Positions 23,107 to 35,932 are shown, counted from the stretch's first letter. The stretch is DNA of 64,000 nt from Curvularia clavata (GCA_023920165.1 CP089279.1:310001-374000); one strand, 5' to 3'. The notes: generated by a model from the letters alone, not told the origin. A program made the numbers and translations.

Positions 23107-25434
23107 CTAGTCCTCGTCCTGTCCAATCTGCTTGTACTTTCCACCGCTCGAACTATCGCCTTCGCCGTTGCCCTTTGTCCTCTTGACCATGTTGCTGATC
23201 CAGCCACCGATACCATCGCCACCGTCTGTGTCGGCCTTGGCCATATCCTTGTTGCCGCTCTCGATATCAGGAGGATCGATGCTAAGTCCAGGGATGGCAT
23301 CATCTGCAGCGCGGCGTCCGCCTCGAATGTCAAGCGAGGGTACGGGTGAGCCACGGCCCTCACCGCTGAACAAAGATTCGGCCTGCGCAAGGGTCTCGGG
23401 AGTGGGCATAACAGAGGTGGCGTCTCCGAACAGAGAGTTCATGTCTTCAAGACGGACGTTTGCGGTTTCGGGGTAGATGAAGTAGACTGTAATCCATGTC
23501 AGCGTGTGATTCTTGCCTCGATGTTAGACGCCAAACTTACCAATGACAAAACTGACAGCACAGAAAAAGGCGTGGATGAGGTACAGACGCCACTGAATGT
23601 GTTCCTGGAGAATGGGAGTCATTTCTCCGACAAGCCAGTTGAAGGCCCAGTTGGTAGCGGTACTCAGACTGGCACCCTTGGCACGGATGCTCAGAGGCAG
23701 AATCTCGGGTGGGTATAGCCATGGGATAGGTCCCCACGAGTATCCAAATGCAGCGTTGTAGATCATGACAAAAATGACGACCAAGTTGGGGGTCCAAGAA
23801 GCCTGCAGGAAGATGAAGTAGGAGATGGCGGAAAGAGAAACCAACATCATGAGTGCTCCGGACAAGAGAATCTTACGGCGACCCAGCGTGTCTACGATGT
23901 ACCATGGTGGAATAGTAGACAACAGATAGGTGATGGCGTTGATACCGGTCATGAGGATAGCCTGGCGACCGTACCAACCGGCTTCCTCAAAAACGAGGGG
24001 AGCATAGTAGGAAATGACGTTAATACCGTTGAGTTGCGCAAGGGCTTGGGCGGACATGGCAATGAAGACGCGTTTGGAGTATCGCTTGAACATATCGGCA
24101 TAAGATCGTTCACCTTCTTGGCGCTGGAGCAGGACGTTCATCTTAATCTCTCGGTATTCATCTCGTGCTTTGGCGTTGTGGATGTCGCCCTTTCCGTACA
24201 AATTGGCGATGACTACGATACCCTCTTCGTCATGATCATTATCCAAGAGCCATCTGTCAGAGGGTTAGTCGAGTGCGGAAGCTGGAGTCGTATCATGACA
24301 AACCTTGGGGACTCGCAAATAAGCAGAGATCCAGCGGCCAGGAGAAGACCCATGATGCACTGCATAAACAGAGGGACTCTCCACGACCAGTCGCTCTGGA
24401 TGTAGGTGCAGAAGTAGTCAACCCATACACTAACGGCGTAGCCAGCAATGTTACCTGTGAATTCAATGCAGCCCATCTTTCCTCGGTTGTGTGGGGGCGA
24501 GATTTCGGACTGGTAGACGGGGACGATTGTAGAGAGCGAACCGACGCCGAGACCAGCAATGATTCTACCAAGCAGCATCATCGGGATACCGGTTGCAAAG
24601 GTCTGGAGAGCTCCGCCAACAACGAAGATGAGGGAGCCGTAGAGAATCGTCTTTCGTCTTCCCAGCACGTCACCAATGCGGCCAACCACGAGCGAGGAGA
24701 TGAAGGCGCCGACTTCGAGAATGGCCACCATGGTACCCAGCTCGGCCGACGTGGGCTGGTTGAAGTAGTCCTTGAAGTAGATGCCCCTGTAGAACAATCA
24801 GATATGCTCGAGTCGCAGCGGGAACGGGACCGGTGCGGCGTACGTTATGATTCCGGACATGACTCCCTGGTCATAGCCAAACAGGAACACACCTAATGAG
24901 ACAAAGACACTGGTGAAGTAGCTGGTGGGGTTAGCGAGGGGGTCCGTATATGGTGTGTTGGTGAGCTCACATTAGCTTCTTGCCGTGTAGCCCGTGGATA
25001 CGGGAGGGCCCATCGTTGGGAGCCATGATGGCAGCGAGGATGCGCTCAGCCTTTGAGATTGTGCGGGGGCCTGGATCGGGGATGGGGATGTCGTCCTTGC
25101 GGATGAGGGCGCCCTTTTCGTGTAAGTCGTGGGAAGCGAAGCGGGTGCGCTTTTGCTGGCGACGGGAGGTTGATGAGGAATGGTTCTCGTCGAGATGCAA
25201 GCGCAGCGGGTCTTCGCGGTCGGCTAGCTGATCGACAAGGTCGCCGGTGTCGCTCCAGACGGAGAGGTCTGACGGGGACGAGGGCGTGTCCAAGGAGGAG
25301 CGGAGGCTGTCCTTATCGTGGTCGTCGAGCAGATAAGCCGAGTCGTGGTGTCTGGGGCGGGCCGTGGACGAGGACGAGAGATTGTGGAGCGGGATGTTGG
25401 CAGGCCTCCGGGCGCTGTTGGAGTGTTGCGGAAT
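23107..25434 (-). CDS. MFS sugar porter family monosaccharide transporter (start uncertain)
   Basis: Motifs FLFGYDQGVMSGI, GDVLGRRK, VPVYQSEISPPHNRG, ESPR, QLNGINVISYY, WGPIPWLYPPEILP and YPET. Multiple introns. The first in-frame ATG is in ...IMAPND (~25028), but the frame is open up to ~25452. Confidence 0.88.
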
Positions 25435-27161
25435 GGTGAAGGTAGCGAGCTGTTAGGGAGCAGCCCGTCTCCAAAGTGCGGATTGGGGGAGGAGAAGCAA
25501 CGAAAAGATAGTAGCTGCGGGCGCACGTCACAGGGTCAGGCAGCCGAGCAGTGGATGGGGTTGGGGGTGGGTGCGTGTGTGCAGGGCAGGGCACGACAGG
25601 ACAGGGCTAGCGTGAGGCGGTGAACAAGGCAAGTCGGTCACATCTGAACAAACACTGTAATAGTAGAGGCAGTTTTGACTGGCACGATGGATCAGAGGTT
25701 GGGTGCATGCGAACGAAAGAAGCTGGGGGACGGACACGCTTGGCGCGACCGAGTGCTTGTACGGGAGAGCGGCATGGCGAGCCAGGGTGGTGTGGGCGGC
25801 TGAAGCTTGTGTGTGGTGCTGGCCGTGATTTGCTTTGTCTTGTCTGCCCGTCTGCCGTCCGTCTATGCTCCTGTTCGAACACACAGCAGCAGGGTGTGAA
25901 TACCAGCAGGCTCCGGTGTGTGTGTGTGTAGTCATGCAAGCTGACGCTGGTGGAGGTGGGCCACGATGGGAACATGCTAGTATGCTCCCATGCTAGTACT
26001 GTACGGCGCTGTTTGTAGGCTGGAGCCCCGCGTGGAGACGCTGGCAGGCATACGATGCGGAAAGAAAGCCGCCGACAGGCCATTTCTCCCGTTGCGCCGC
26101 ATGCGGCTGCTATGAAGAAGTCTATTCTGGTTGCTGGTGGGCGTGCTTGTCACATGTCATGGGGAGTCGTGTGCCGGCCCTGTGTGGCTTGATGAGGGCG
26201 AAGGAGGGCATCAAGATTAAGCAGGGCAGCAGGGGAGTAAAATGACGAGCCCAATGCAAAGCGCCTGCGCCGGCTCGCGCGCAAAAAAGGGCAAGGCGGT
26301 CGGGCGATCGATTCCCCAAGCACCCATCCACGGCCGCGTCTTGTACTTTTTTGCTCGCCCGACGTCATTTCACCTTTTTCACCGCCGCGACACCAGCGCT
26401 CCCTGACGTCTGCGCGCCTGCAGGCTTGAAACCCACACCGTCTGGTCGCAGAGGCCGCCGGCCAGCCATGGCGACGAGTGTGGCCTCGCCCACTCGACAG
26501 AAACAATGGCTGGGAACGCCACGGCCGTTGTTTTTGTTCGTGGGGCCGCCAAATCAAACCATGGCCATTGTTTATTATGCCATGGAACCAGGTTTTGGGC
26601 GGTGCCTCTGCCGCTGGGCCCGTGGCCAAAACACGCTGTAGCGCCAGCCCGCCCCGACGCCATTGGCTGCGCCCGAGATTAAACGTCTTTGCTCGGCATG
26701 CCATCGTGCAACTCGGCCCTGAGGCCTGCTGGCAAGAATAGAGGGCGCAATCATTCACTTTGATTTCATTCACTCTGTCGCGCTGCTGCTGCATCCTCCT
26801 CCTCCGCTCGCTGTCTCGCCCTAACCCGACACCACCGTCTCCTGCAGCCCCCGGTAGCGCCCTCCTCTCCCAGCCATACAACCCGCCCCGGCTCCCAGAC
26901 CTCCCAGCCTTGGCTTCGTGCATTGTTTCAACCAAGCTCCCCCAGCCACGCCCGCGCACTTTGCTGAGAACCATTCCTCAATCCTGTCCCTCACAACCCT
27001 CGCTGTCCTCACGCCTGCCGCCTGCTGCCATTGCGCACACTCTGTCTCTGCACCGGCCTCTGCCTCTGTCCACGGAGACAAGCACAGCTCCTCGCATCCA
27101 CTAAACTCGACGCGCCCGAGTCCCAGACTGCGCTCCGCTCCGCCCAAGCCACCCAGCAACC

Positions 27162-28428
27162 ATGGTCAACTCGTACGGAGAGTTTGCCGACTTTTGCAGA
27201 GATTCGGGCAACCAATGGAGCACTCTACCAGGTACGAAAATAGCCTTTGCACTTGCTCACACAAATGGCTGACTGACTGACCTCTTGCAGTGTGCTATGT
27301 ACGTTGCTGACACTCCGCCCCTTTGCCCGCTGCTGCTGCTGCCGCTGCTGTTTGTCCTCGCGCCGCTAACCGTTTTCTCCCACAGCTCTTCAACCCAGCG
27401 TCCACCAAGAACAACAATGGATGGCAAAATGGCTGCACCCTGCAAGGCTTTCCTGTCGGCGGAGGCCGCAATCTGCATAACCTAGGTATGCATCGCTGGC
27501 GCATTCGACCCAGGACGTATTGCTTACACCACTCTCAGGCTCCATATTACTGTGCGCAATTGCGCTTCTCGTCTCATTATTCCTACTATGGCGATCGCAA
27601 AGGAAAAAGGCTGCCGTTGGAAGGAGGTGCGTACTTTGCAGATGAGCGCTGTGATTTTGGCTAACCTCAGGCGCAGAGAAATGCAACTGTTCCTCATCGG
27701 CTACATGATTGTGTCCATCTGCGAGATCTTCACCATCGGCGGATTCCCTCTTAACAGCAAAGTGCGCATCGTACGTTGTTACTATCCATGTCTTTTTGGC
27801 GCAAATGTCTAATCCTGCAGGTCTTCGTCGCTATCCACATTGCTGCCATCACTGCCACATCCTGGATACTCATGCTCAACGGCGCCGTCGGCTACCAACT
27901 CCTTGACGATGGCACGCCTGTATCCATTGGTCTGCTCTTGATCTCATCCATCATCATCTTCATTGGCACCGGCTACATTGCCCTCGACACTGGACTTGGC
28001 TGGACGGGCTACTGGGACTCGACTCTGAATGCACCAAACAAGGCATATGCTCTCTACACGCTCTACCAGCTTGTGCCTTTGTTTTTTATCGTCGTCTTCT
28101 TCTTGCTCGAGGCCTTCCTCGTCCTGCGCGTCCTTGGCGAGCGAAAGCCCATGCGTAAGTGCTCTCAAAACACCAACAACTGTGCGCCTACTAACGTGCA
28201 TTCTTAGTATACCTAGCCGCTGCAGCCCTCCTGTTCGCCATCGCACAAATTTTCCAGTACGTCATCAGCGTTCACATCTGCAACGGAACCTCGGGCAAGA
28301 TCAACGGAGGATTGTTTGAAACCCTCTTCACCCTTTTGGCGGTTGTAATGGTCTGGGTCTTCTGGTCCAGCATCACCGAGGACGACTGGCCCATGCCCAC
28401 GGTAGCCGGCTCAGGCACCTATAATTAG
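27162..28428 (+). CDS. CHS7: Chitin synthase export chaperone (Chs7-like)
   Basis: N-terminus YGEFADFCRDS...TLPVC, then AAVGRREMQLFL, NGAVGYQLLDDGT and WSSITEDDW. About 7 TM segments and several introns, including an 8-nt micro-exon. Confidence 0.87.
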
Positions 28429-29065
28429 GAGGAACATCTCACGGTAATCTGGGAGCTGCAAAAGCAACGGAGTAATGTTTTTTATGAAGGCGGTCTTTGT
28501 TTGGGCATAGCGCATACCATTTTGGAGCTCTCTGGACGCATTCGATGCGTCATGCCAGCTACGATATATATAATGTTTGCTAAATGGATCTCATTATTAC
28601 GATAGTTCGGTCGGAGTTTGTAATCTTCACGTGCAAGAACAGACGCGAGTGCGCGTCGAGCTTATTACGTGTGCAACACGTTCCACCTCGAATGTGGGTC
28701 AAAGATCGCCCACCGTGAACCGTTGACGGCGAACCCTTCCCAAACCCGACGTGTTTGGAACCCTTCCGTCTGATGAAACCATAGTCCTTGACAAAAAAGG
28801 AAAACAACTCGGCCTACCCTTGCACATGCAGCCTTCGAGAAGCGAGATTGAATGATCGTCATCCACCGATCCTTTGCTCTACACCACACTACGTCTGCCA
28901 ACCTTTGCTCTGGCGCGGTGCCTTGCGAATGCGCATCCTAGCCCATCTGCGCCAGCTTGCCCTCAGCCACTCGCCAGTCTATCGCCGCCGCCACCTATGA
29001 TACCGGACGTCTCGCGACCGAGCTCCAAAAGCACTGTGCTCAGGCCATAAAGCGAAACGCAAGCC

Positions 29066-30547
29066 ATGGCGGATTCCGATTACGACTTCGAGGACGAGGT
29101 GTCCGACGACGAGTACGTAGGCTCCAAGAGCAGCTCTTCCAACACGCGCGCACAATCGACGGCAGCTAGCAAGAGGCGGAAGGTAGAGGTGCCGGTGAAG
29201 GAGGCGCCTCAAAGGAAAGCATGGGAGACGGAATACTCGCGGACCGTGGAGAAGACGATACAGCCAGCAGACGATGGCACCCTGGGGCAGAGTGTACAAG
29301 AACGAGAAGAGGAGCGCAAGCGTAAGCGGTTACGGAAAGACACAAAACCTTTTCAGAGAGGTATCATACGGCACGTTGTGCTAGTCCTGGATCTCTCAGA
29401 GGCCATGCTGGAAAAGGACATGCGGCCCAACCGCTTCATCACCATGGTCAATTACACGCAAGACTACATTCGCGAGTTCTTTGAGCAGAACCCCATATCA
29501 CAAATGAGCGTTCTTGGCATGCACGACGGCGTCTGCATACGAATATCAGAGCTATCAGGAAACCCGGCAGAGCACGTTGCGGCGATACAAGGGCTGAGGA
29601 GCAAGGACGACGGCAAGGAGCCCAAGGGCTCGCCCAGTTTGCAGAATGCATTGGAGCTCGCGAGGGCAACGCTGTACCACACGCCCAGCCACGGCACACG
29701 AGAGGTCATTGTGGTTTTTGGCAGCTTGCTGAGTTTGGACCCGGGCGATATTCATCAGTCGGTCAAGGCTTGCGTGAGGGACCGGATACGGGTCAGTATC
29801 ATTGGTATGGGCGCACGTCTCAAGATATGCACAGAGATTGTCAAACGTACCAACGCAGGGGATGAGTCCGAATATACAATCGCCACAGATCAGGAGATGC
29901 TCAAGGAGCTGCTTCTAGCCACCACAACGCCGCCCGTCATTCGACAACCCATGTCCACTGCGCCAGCAGCCCAACCTGCAGACTCGGCTGCTGCATTAAT
30001 GATGATGGGCTTCCCATCGCGCGTAGTAGAAGACAAGTTGACCATGTGCGCATGTCACGGAAACTTGACCATGGGCGGATATACATGCTCCAGGTGCAGC
30101 GCAAAAGTGTGCTCTCTGCCCATTACCTGTCCGTCGTGCCAACTCACTCTTCTTCTATCTACCCACCTGGCACGCTCGTACCATCATCTCTTCCCTCTCC
30201 GCAACTGGGCCACAGTATCTTGGTCGCGCGCCCGCGAGATGGGCAGCAAGCAGTGTGTAGGCTGTCTAGCCGCCTTTAGCGATCCACCAAGCAAACCAAA
30301 AGAAAAAAGCGACGCCCAGAAAGAGCATGAGACCAACGGCACAAGAAAAGACGATGACGACAGCGAGGACCAAAAGGCGAGTGAGAGTGGCAGGTATGAA
30401 TGCAGGGCGTGTCAGAGCCATTTTTGCATCGACTGCGACATGTTTGCACACATGGTGCTGCACAATTGCCCGGGTTGCTTGGGACGGCTGGATCCTGAGG
30501 AGGCTGCTGTGGCAACGAGCAATGGAGATGTCGAGATGAGTGGGTGA
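29066..30547 (+). CDS. SSL1: TFIIH subunit Ssl1/p44
   Basis: Motifs RGIIRHVVLVLDLSEAM, FFEQNPISQM and PSLQNALE. Zinc fingers CACH...CSRC...CPSC, HLARSYHHLFPL and a C-terminal C4C4 (CIDCD...HNCPGC). Single exon. Confidence 0.95.
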   Translation: MADSDYDFEDEVSDDEYVGSKSSSSNTRAQSTAASKRRKVEVPVKEAPQRKAWETEYSRTVEKTIQPADDGTLGQSVQEREEERKRKRLRKDTKPFQRGIIRHVVLVLDLSEAMLEKDMRPNRFITMVNYTQDYIREFFEQNPISQMSVLGMHDGVCIRISELSGNPAEHVAAIQGLRSKDDGKEPKGSPSLQNALELARATLYHTPSHGTREVIVVFGSLLSLDPGDIHQSVKACVRDRIRVSIIGMGARLKICTEIVKRTNAGDESEYTIATDQEMLKELLLATTTPPVIRQPMSTAPAAQPADSAAALMMMGFPSRVVEDKLTMCACHGNLTMGGYTCSRCSAKVCSLPITCPSCQLTLLLSTHLARSYHHLFPLRNWATVSWSRAREMGSKQCVGCLAAFSDPPSKPKEKSDAQKEHETNGTRKDDDDSEDQKASESGRYECRACQSHFCIDCDMFAHMVLHNCPGCLGRLDPEEAAVATSNGDVEMSG

Positions 30548-31156
30548 GGTAGTATATACTGCAGTTTTAGAGGGACCGCTAGAGGCAATTGACGATAGAC
30601 AACAAAATACCCGCGCAGAGAGTTGAAAGTTTGTTCGGAATTGGATTCATCTTCCTATACAGTTTCATGTCAAACGGTGCTCACTGGTGCATCTCTCTCT
30701 GTGTCTCTCTGTGTGTGTGTCTCTCTCTCCCCCAGCATTACCACCCGGAAAAACGTTCATCCCAAGCCTGACGCGTAGTCCCGTGAGTATGTACATAGTA
30801 GCTACGACGATCCAGTGTTTCGGGCCCCTCCACCGCGAATTGCCGAATAAGCAGCCCCGCGTACGTGGGGCATTTCTCCCTCTCAGCGCGCATAACTCCA
30901 CATTCCGCAGCGGGCAAGCCGTTGGTGAAGCCGCAAATCGGTGCAAAACGACTCCATTTGTAATCCACATCTCACTCCCTTTTTCCTTTTCCTTTTCCTT
31001 CTTCTCATGTTCGCTTCTCCCACGAGAGCTCTGCTTCACTGCACTCGCATTGTTTCTAGATCGGGACTTACATCTCGCTACGCAGGTACTTGCTTCAGGG
31101 TGTCATCGTCGACAAGTCCACGACAACAGGTATATTTCAGCACCAGTAGAGCAGCT

Positions 31157-32126
31157 ATGGCGGCATTTGAGCGGTTGATCCGGTTCCAAGATGCAGAGGG
31201 CAAGACAGTGTATGGGAATTTGGAAGAGGAGGTGCCGACGAGGGAGATTGAGGGGAGGAGTGTAGAGGTTGTGGAGGGGGATGTAGAGAGTGGGTTTAAG
31301 AAGACAGAGAAGAAAGCCAAGGTTGCAAAGGTAATGTGATTCGGAAGGGAGATTTGAGAGGACAAGGGAATGGCTGACAAAACGGTATTGGTAGTTGCTA
31401 TGTCCGCTCCCAACGACAAACATTATCCTCTGCGTAGGCCTCAATTACCGGAAGCACGCTGAGGAATGCAACGTACGTATCCTGCCCCTTCTCTTCTCTT
31501 GATTCATTTAAATATATATACTGACGATCAAACAGCTCCAAATCCCCACCAACCCCGCCATCTTCACCAAACCCCGCGACGCCCTCGCCGGCCCCCTCGA
31601 CGACATCCCCATCCCACCCTCCTGCCAATCCATGCTCGACTACGAAGGCGAACTCGGCGTCATCATCTCTCGCGACTGCAAAAACGTCTCTGCCTCTGAC
31701 GCTTCGTCCGTTATCCTCGGCTACACCATTGGCAACGACGTCTCAGCCCGAAACTACCAACTGCCGGCCTCGGTCTCGGGCGGCCAATTCGGCTACGCCA
31801 AATCTTTTGACAAATTCGCGCCCATTGGCCCCTGTATTGCGAGTCCGAGTGTCATTCCTGACCCGCATAAGGTGACGTATTGGACAAAGGTGAATGGCGA
31901 GAAGAGGCAGGAGACGTGTACGGATGATATGATTTATAGTATAGGACAGGTGGTGGAGCATTTGAGTAGGGGCACGACGTTGAGGGCGGGTACGGTTATC
32001 CTCACGGGCACGCCGAGTGGAGTGGGGTTGTTTATGGAGCCCAAGGGGTTTCTGAAGGATGGCGATGAGGTGGAGATTTATGTCGAGGGCGTGGGGAGTT
32101 TGGTGAATAAGATGAAGTTTGAGTAG
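31157..32126 (+). CDS. Fumarylacetoacetate hydrolase family protein
   Basis: Motifs CVGLNYRKHAEE, DYEGEL, GNDVSAR, KSFDKFAPIGP and GTVILTGTPSGVG. Introns about 31331-31394 and 31473-31533. Confidence 0.9.
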
Positions 32127-33525
32127 GGCCTCGTGGGAATGGGGATTTGAACGAGATCTTTTTTCTTAAGTGAAATAAAATGACATAGATGTAAGAAAGA
32201 AGTCTAGTTTTTCTGGTGTGTTTTCTTGCGTTTGATTCTGTTTCGAGTTTCACTACTTTTCCTGATTGCTGTTGGTATGTCAAGAAAACTGTGAGTGGAA
32301 TGAGGCTGGTGTATTGTAACAAAGTAGGGAACATCAGAAGTAGTGGCAAAAGCAACGACAAGCCACGGTATACAGACTACACCTGTCTACGCAAAACAAA
32401 ATAAAATGGAGACGCGCTCGCAAGGCAAGATTGATATGAGGTATTCTGTTTTGGATAATCAGGCAAACGGCACTTGGATTCACAGTATGATTTCGCCACC
32501 CAGCCCCTTACTTTTCAACCCAGCCTAGTCTCGTATATTGTGCCCCCTAGAATGTTTGACATGCAGAGTCGAGATGATCTACGACGAGTACGTCTGAGGG
32601 TGCATGTTAAATGCAGATACGACATGCATGCTTCTAGACGATGTAGTATGCACGAAAGGAGCGAAGGAAGAGTCATGTGCAGTGTCTACGCGTAAGCAGC
32701 TTCATCTGGGATTCTGGATTGTCTGCTTGTGCAGGAAGCACAGGATTTGAGTGAGGGGTCATGGAAGTGCAGCTGTATTCTTATAACGATATTTTTGTGC
32801 ATGGTATTCACTTGATATTGCTCTGCTGCTGGCGTCTACAGGCAGGCAATGCTGTGTCAGAAACACGCAAAGTCAACAGCGAGTAGATGATAACTCAGCT
32901 TGTCAGTACAACCCGAAAACTAGGACTGTAAAAACTGCAAGTCTTGTGACTTTGTTATGGCGGCTAGGATGCTTGCATCCAGAAACTGCAAGGCTGTGTG
33001 CAACGTGTGGACGAGGGATGGAGTCTGAGACAGATGACTTCCTGTCAATAGACGGGGGTTCAGATTTAGCACGTTTTGGGGACAGGTTGCTGGAGTTTGT
33101 TGCGTCTGTTCACGCCTCGGTGGATTACGTAGGCAGAACGGGGTGGGAACTTGTGGCGTGTCACTTGGCTGGGCACAAATAAGAGTGTCTGAGATATAGG
33201 GCCGGTGTCTGCTCTGTCAGTGTTGCCAACAAAGAGCCCCAGCGACGACGAGTGGAAGCGTCAAGGTATTGGAGGTCGGATTGCATGACCGTGGTATGTC
33301 CCAAAGGGGGCTAGCGTGCTCGTAGTAGCTCGAGAATGTGGGGGGCGCAGAGTGTCACATGCCACACGTCTGTTTCTGACTGAGCCATGTGAATGCTTGC
33401 TGGAGACGTCGGGTGAGCCAAGGTCGTCTAGGGGTGTCAGCCGTGCAATCAACAGGCTGGGCCTGGGAGCGTGAGACGGGCGTGGTGGGAGAGAGGGGAG
33501 GATGGATGGGTGGTGTTGATGGTAA

Positions 33526-33546
33526 GCAGCAGCAGCAGCAGCAGTA
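33526..33546. repeat. (CAG)n microsatellite in low-complexity DNA upstream of CBF1
   Basis: Reads gcagcagcagcagcagcagtag. Nearby (ggt)n and (agtagtcgt)n tracts at 33668-33716. Confidence 0.75.
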
Positions 33547-34998
33547 GCGGAGGCCGGGGCTGGTGGTTTCGGCTGTATAGATGAGCGATTTAGCGGAGCC
33601 CGAGGAGACGTGGTGCGGATACAGGCATGCACGAGTGGGTGGCGGCACAGCAATGTTGCTGTGCTCTGGTGGTGGTGGACGTGGTAGTGGTGGTAGTCGT
33701 AGTAGTCGTAGTCGTAGAGTGAGTGGGCTGGGGAGAGAAAGAGTGGAGCCAGGCTGCAGAGTGGTCGGGCCTGTGATTGGCTGGCGGCGGGCCTGGCGTG
33801 CGGGCTTAAGTGCGCCCCTTCGCGGTGGGCAGAATACTTTAGAAGAGATAGCGCCGCCGCCCTCCCCCGTGACCTTCTTCCTCCTCGTGATTCCGACCTG
33901 CTCCATTATCACGGCCCTCGTAGTCGCGCCCCCCAGCATCCCGCCGCGCTGCTGAAATACAAAGGTGAGTGCTCGCAAAGTTTCCTTGTTGTTTTTCTCG
34001 CCGCATCCACTCTGCGTGCAGCCGCCGTGTTGCCTCGCGCCTCTCTCCAGCATCCGAGGGCCGTTTGTCCTCGCGATTACGTTACCCGCGACCGTCGTAG
34101 GCCTTGGTGAGTGTGGACCGCCATGGTCGCTTTCCTGCTCGACTACCCACCTGCACCACCCCCGCCGTCCTCTGCAACGCCTCTCTCGCCCTTTGCCACG
34201 CCGCCTGCCATGCTGGCCTGCGCCTGCTCGAAGTCTCTGGTCAAAGAGAGGACTGAGTGCGAGTGACAAGGTTGACCAAGAGAGAGAGAGGGAGAGGGCT
34301 GAGGGCTGCCTCGCCGCCATGGTGCTCCGCATCCCGCGCATCGTCCCAGGCGCGCATCCACCACCAGCAACCGGCGCACGACGCTCCTTGTGCTCCTTAC
34401 GACGACGACCCACCGCTGCTGTCGCGTCATGAGACTGGAGCCCATGGCCTTCTGCTGCCCTCTTGACAGCCCCGTCTCGCAGCCACGGCACCGTCGATGC
34501 GCCCAATCGCCCGTTTCCCGTGCATTCACCTGCCTTGCGCCCGTGCTAATGTTTGTTCACTGCAGGCCTCTGTATGCCCCCATGCTAGGCGCATAGCTGC
34601 CCCTCTGTCTGCTGCTCAGTATCCTTGCGCGCGAACTGGCGGGCAAAGCGCCGCAATCTGCGAACTGCCATCGCCCAACTGCGAACTCCCCCCGCCTCGG
34701 CTGTCTTGCGCCTGCCGCTTCCCTTGTCCTCCAAGCGCGTCTCGTTCAACCTCACTCCACGTCCACCAACCCAACCCCTCAACTCCACCTACCTGTCGCT
34801 CCCCACCCAACGTCTCTTGCGCACAACTGCGTCACTGTTCTCTGTTGTGACACTATTGCCATCGCATCACTATCCTCCATCGCGCCCGCTCGCCATTGGC
34901 AGCCACGCGCGGACCCTCTTGCGCTGCTAGTTGCCAGCGCCTTTCAACGCTGCCCTGACCCGACCGTCTTTTGATACCCTTCTCCCTTCACTGACACC

Positions 34999-35932
34999 AT
35001 GGCCGACACTGCCGGCTACCCTACTGACGCCAAGCTGGATGCTCACAACAGCGTCCACACAAACAAGCGAAAGCGCGACACGCGCGACCAAGGCATCAAC
35101 AGGCCTGCGCCCCACGCCTCCAACAACGACTTGACCGACCAGGCCACGGCTTCGTTCCTAGCCGCCCACAACGCTGCCGACGACGACATGCAGCAACAGT
35201 TTGACGTCCACCACAACGGTGGCACCAACACTGCCAGCGTTGGCGATACCGCAGCTGCCGCCCTCGCCTACCACCAGATGACGGTACCCCAAGCAACGGA
35301 GCTCCAATTCCAGCCTCAGAATTCTGGCGACGGTTCTTTTGGCATGGGCGACCATAATAACCAGCAAACAGGCATGCAGGACTTCAGTCTTGAGGCTCTC
35401 AAAGCTGCCACACAGACAGGCCGCCCGGGTCAGACAGCACCCAGCGACTCGCCACCACAAAATGCCGCCCACAAGCCTCAGGTTGGCACAGAAGAGTGGC
35501 ACAAGGTGCGGAGAGATAACCACAAAGAAGGTGCGCACACGTTATTTTTATACTTGTGTTTTTATGACTGACGCAAACACAGTGGAACGCCGCCGCCGTG
35601 AAACAATCAATGAGGGCATCAATGAACTCGCCAAGATCGTTCCAGGCTGCGAGAAGAACAAGGGTTCCATCCTTCAGCGTGCCGTCCAATTCATCACCCA
35701 GCTCAAGGAGAATGAACAACAAAACATCGAAAAGTGGACCCTCGAGAAGCTGCTGACCGAGCAGGCCATCACGGAGCTCAGCGCCAGCTGCGACAAGTTC
35801 AAGGCAGAGTGCCAGCGTGCATGGGACGAGTGCCAGATCTATAAGCGCGCATGCGAACAGAACGGCATCCTGCCCGACGAAATCAAGGAGCGTCAAGAAA
35901 ATGGCGAGCAAACAGGCTCAAATCCAATGTAG
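34999..35932 (+). CDS. CBF1: bHLH-zipper transcription factor, centromere-binding factor 1 homolog
   Basis: KPQVGTEEWHKVRRDNHKE|VERRRRETINEGINELAKIVPGCEKNKGSILQRAV and NIEKWTLEKLLTEQAI. Intron 35531-35582. Confidence 0.92.

Noticed and set aside
25528..27160. Many overlapping ORFs, including 274 aa at 26150-26974
   Set aside because: GC-rich divergent promoter/leader region between the MFS gene and CHS7. The translations are Arg/Pro/Gly-rich noise.
28768..28810. CTGATGA resembling a hammerhead ribozyme core
   Set aside because: No stem II closing onto GAAA and no plausible stems I and III.
33355..34506. 383-aa minus-strand ORF and overlapping ORFs upstream of CBF1
   Set aside because: Low-complexity GC-rich promoter/UTR DNA with no domain-like content. 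Long open frames are expected there by chance.
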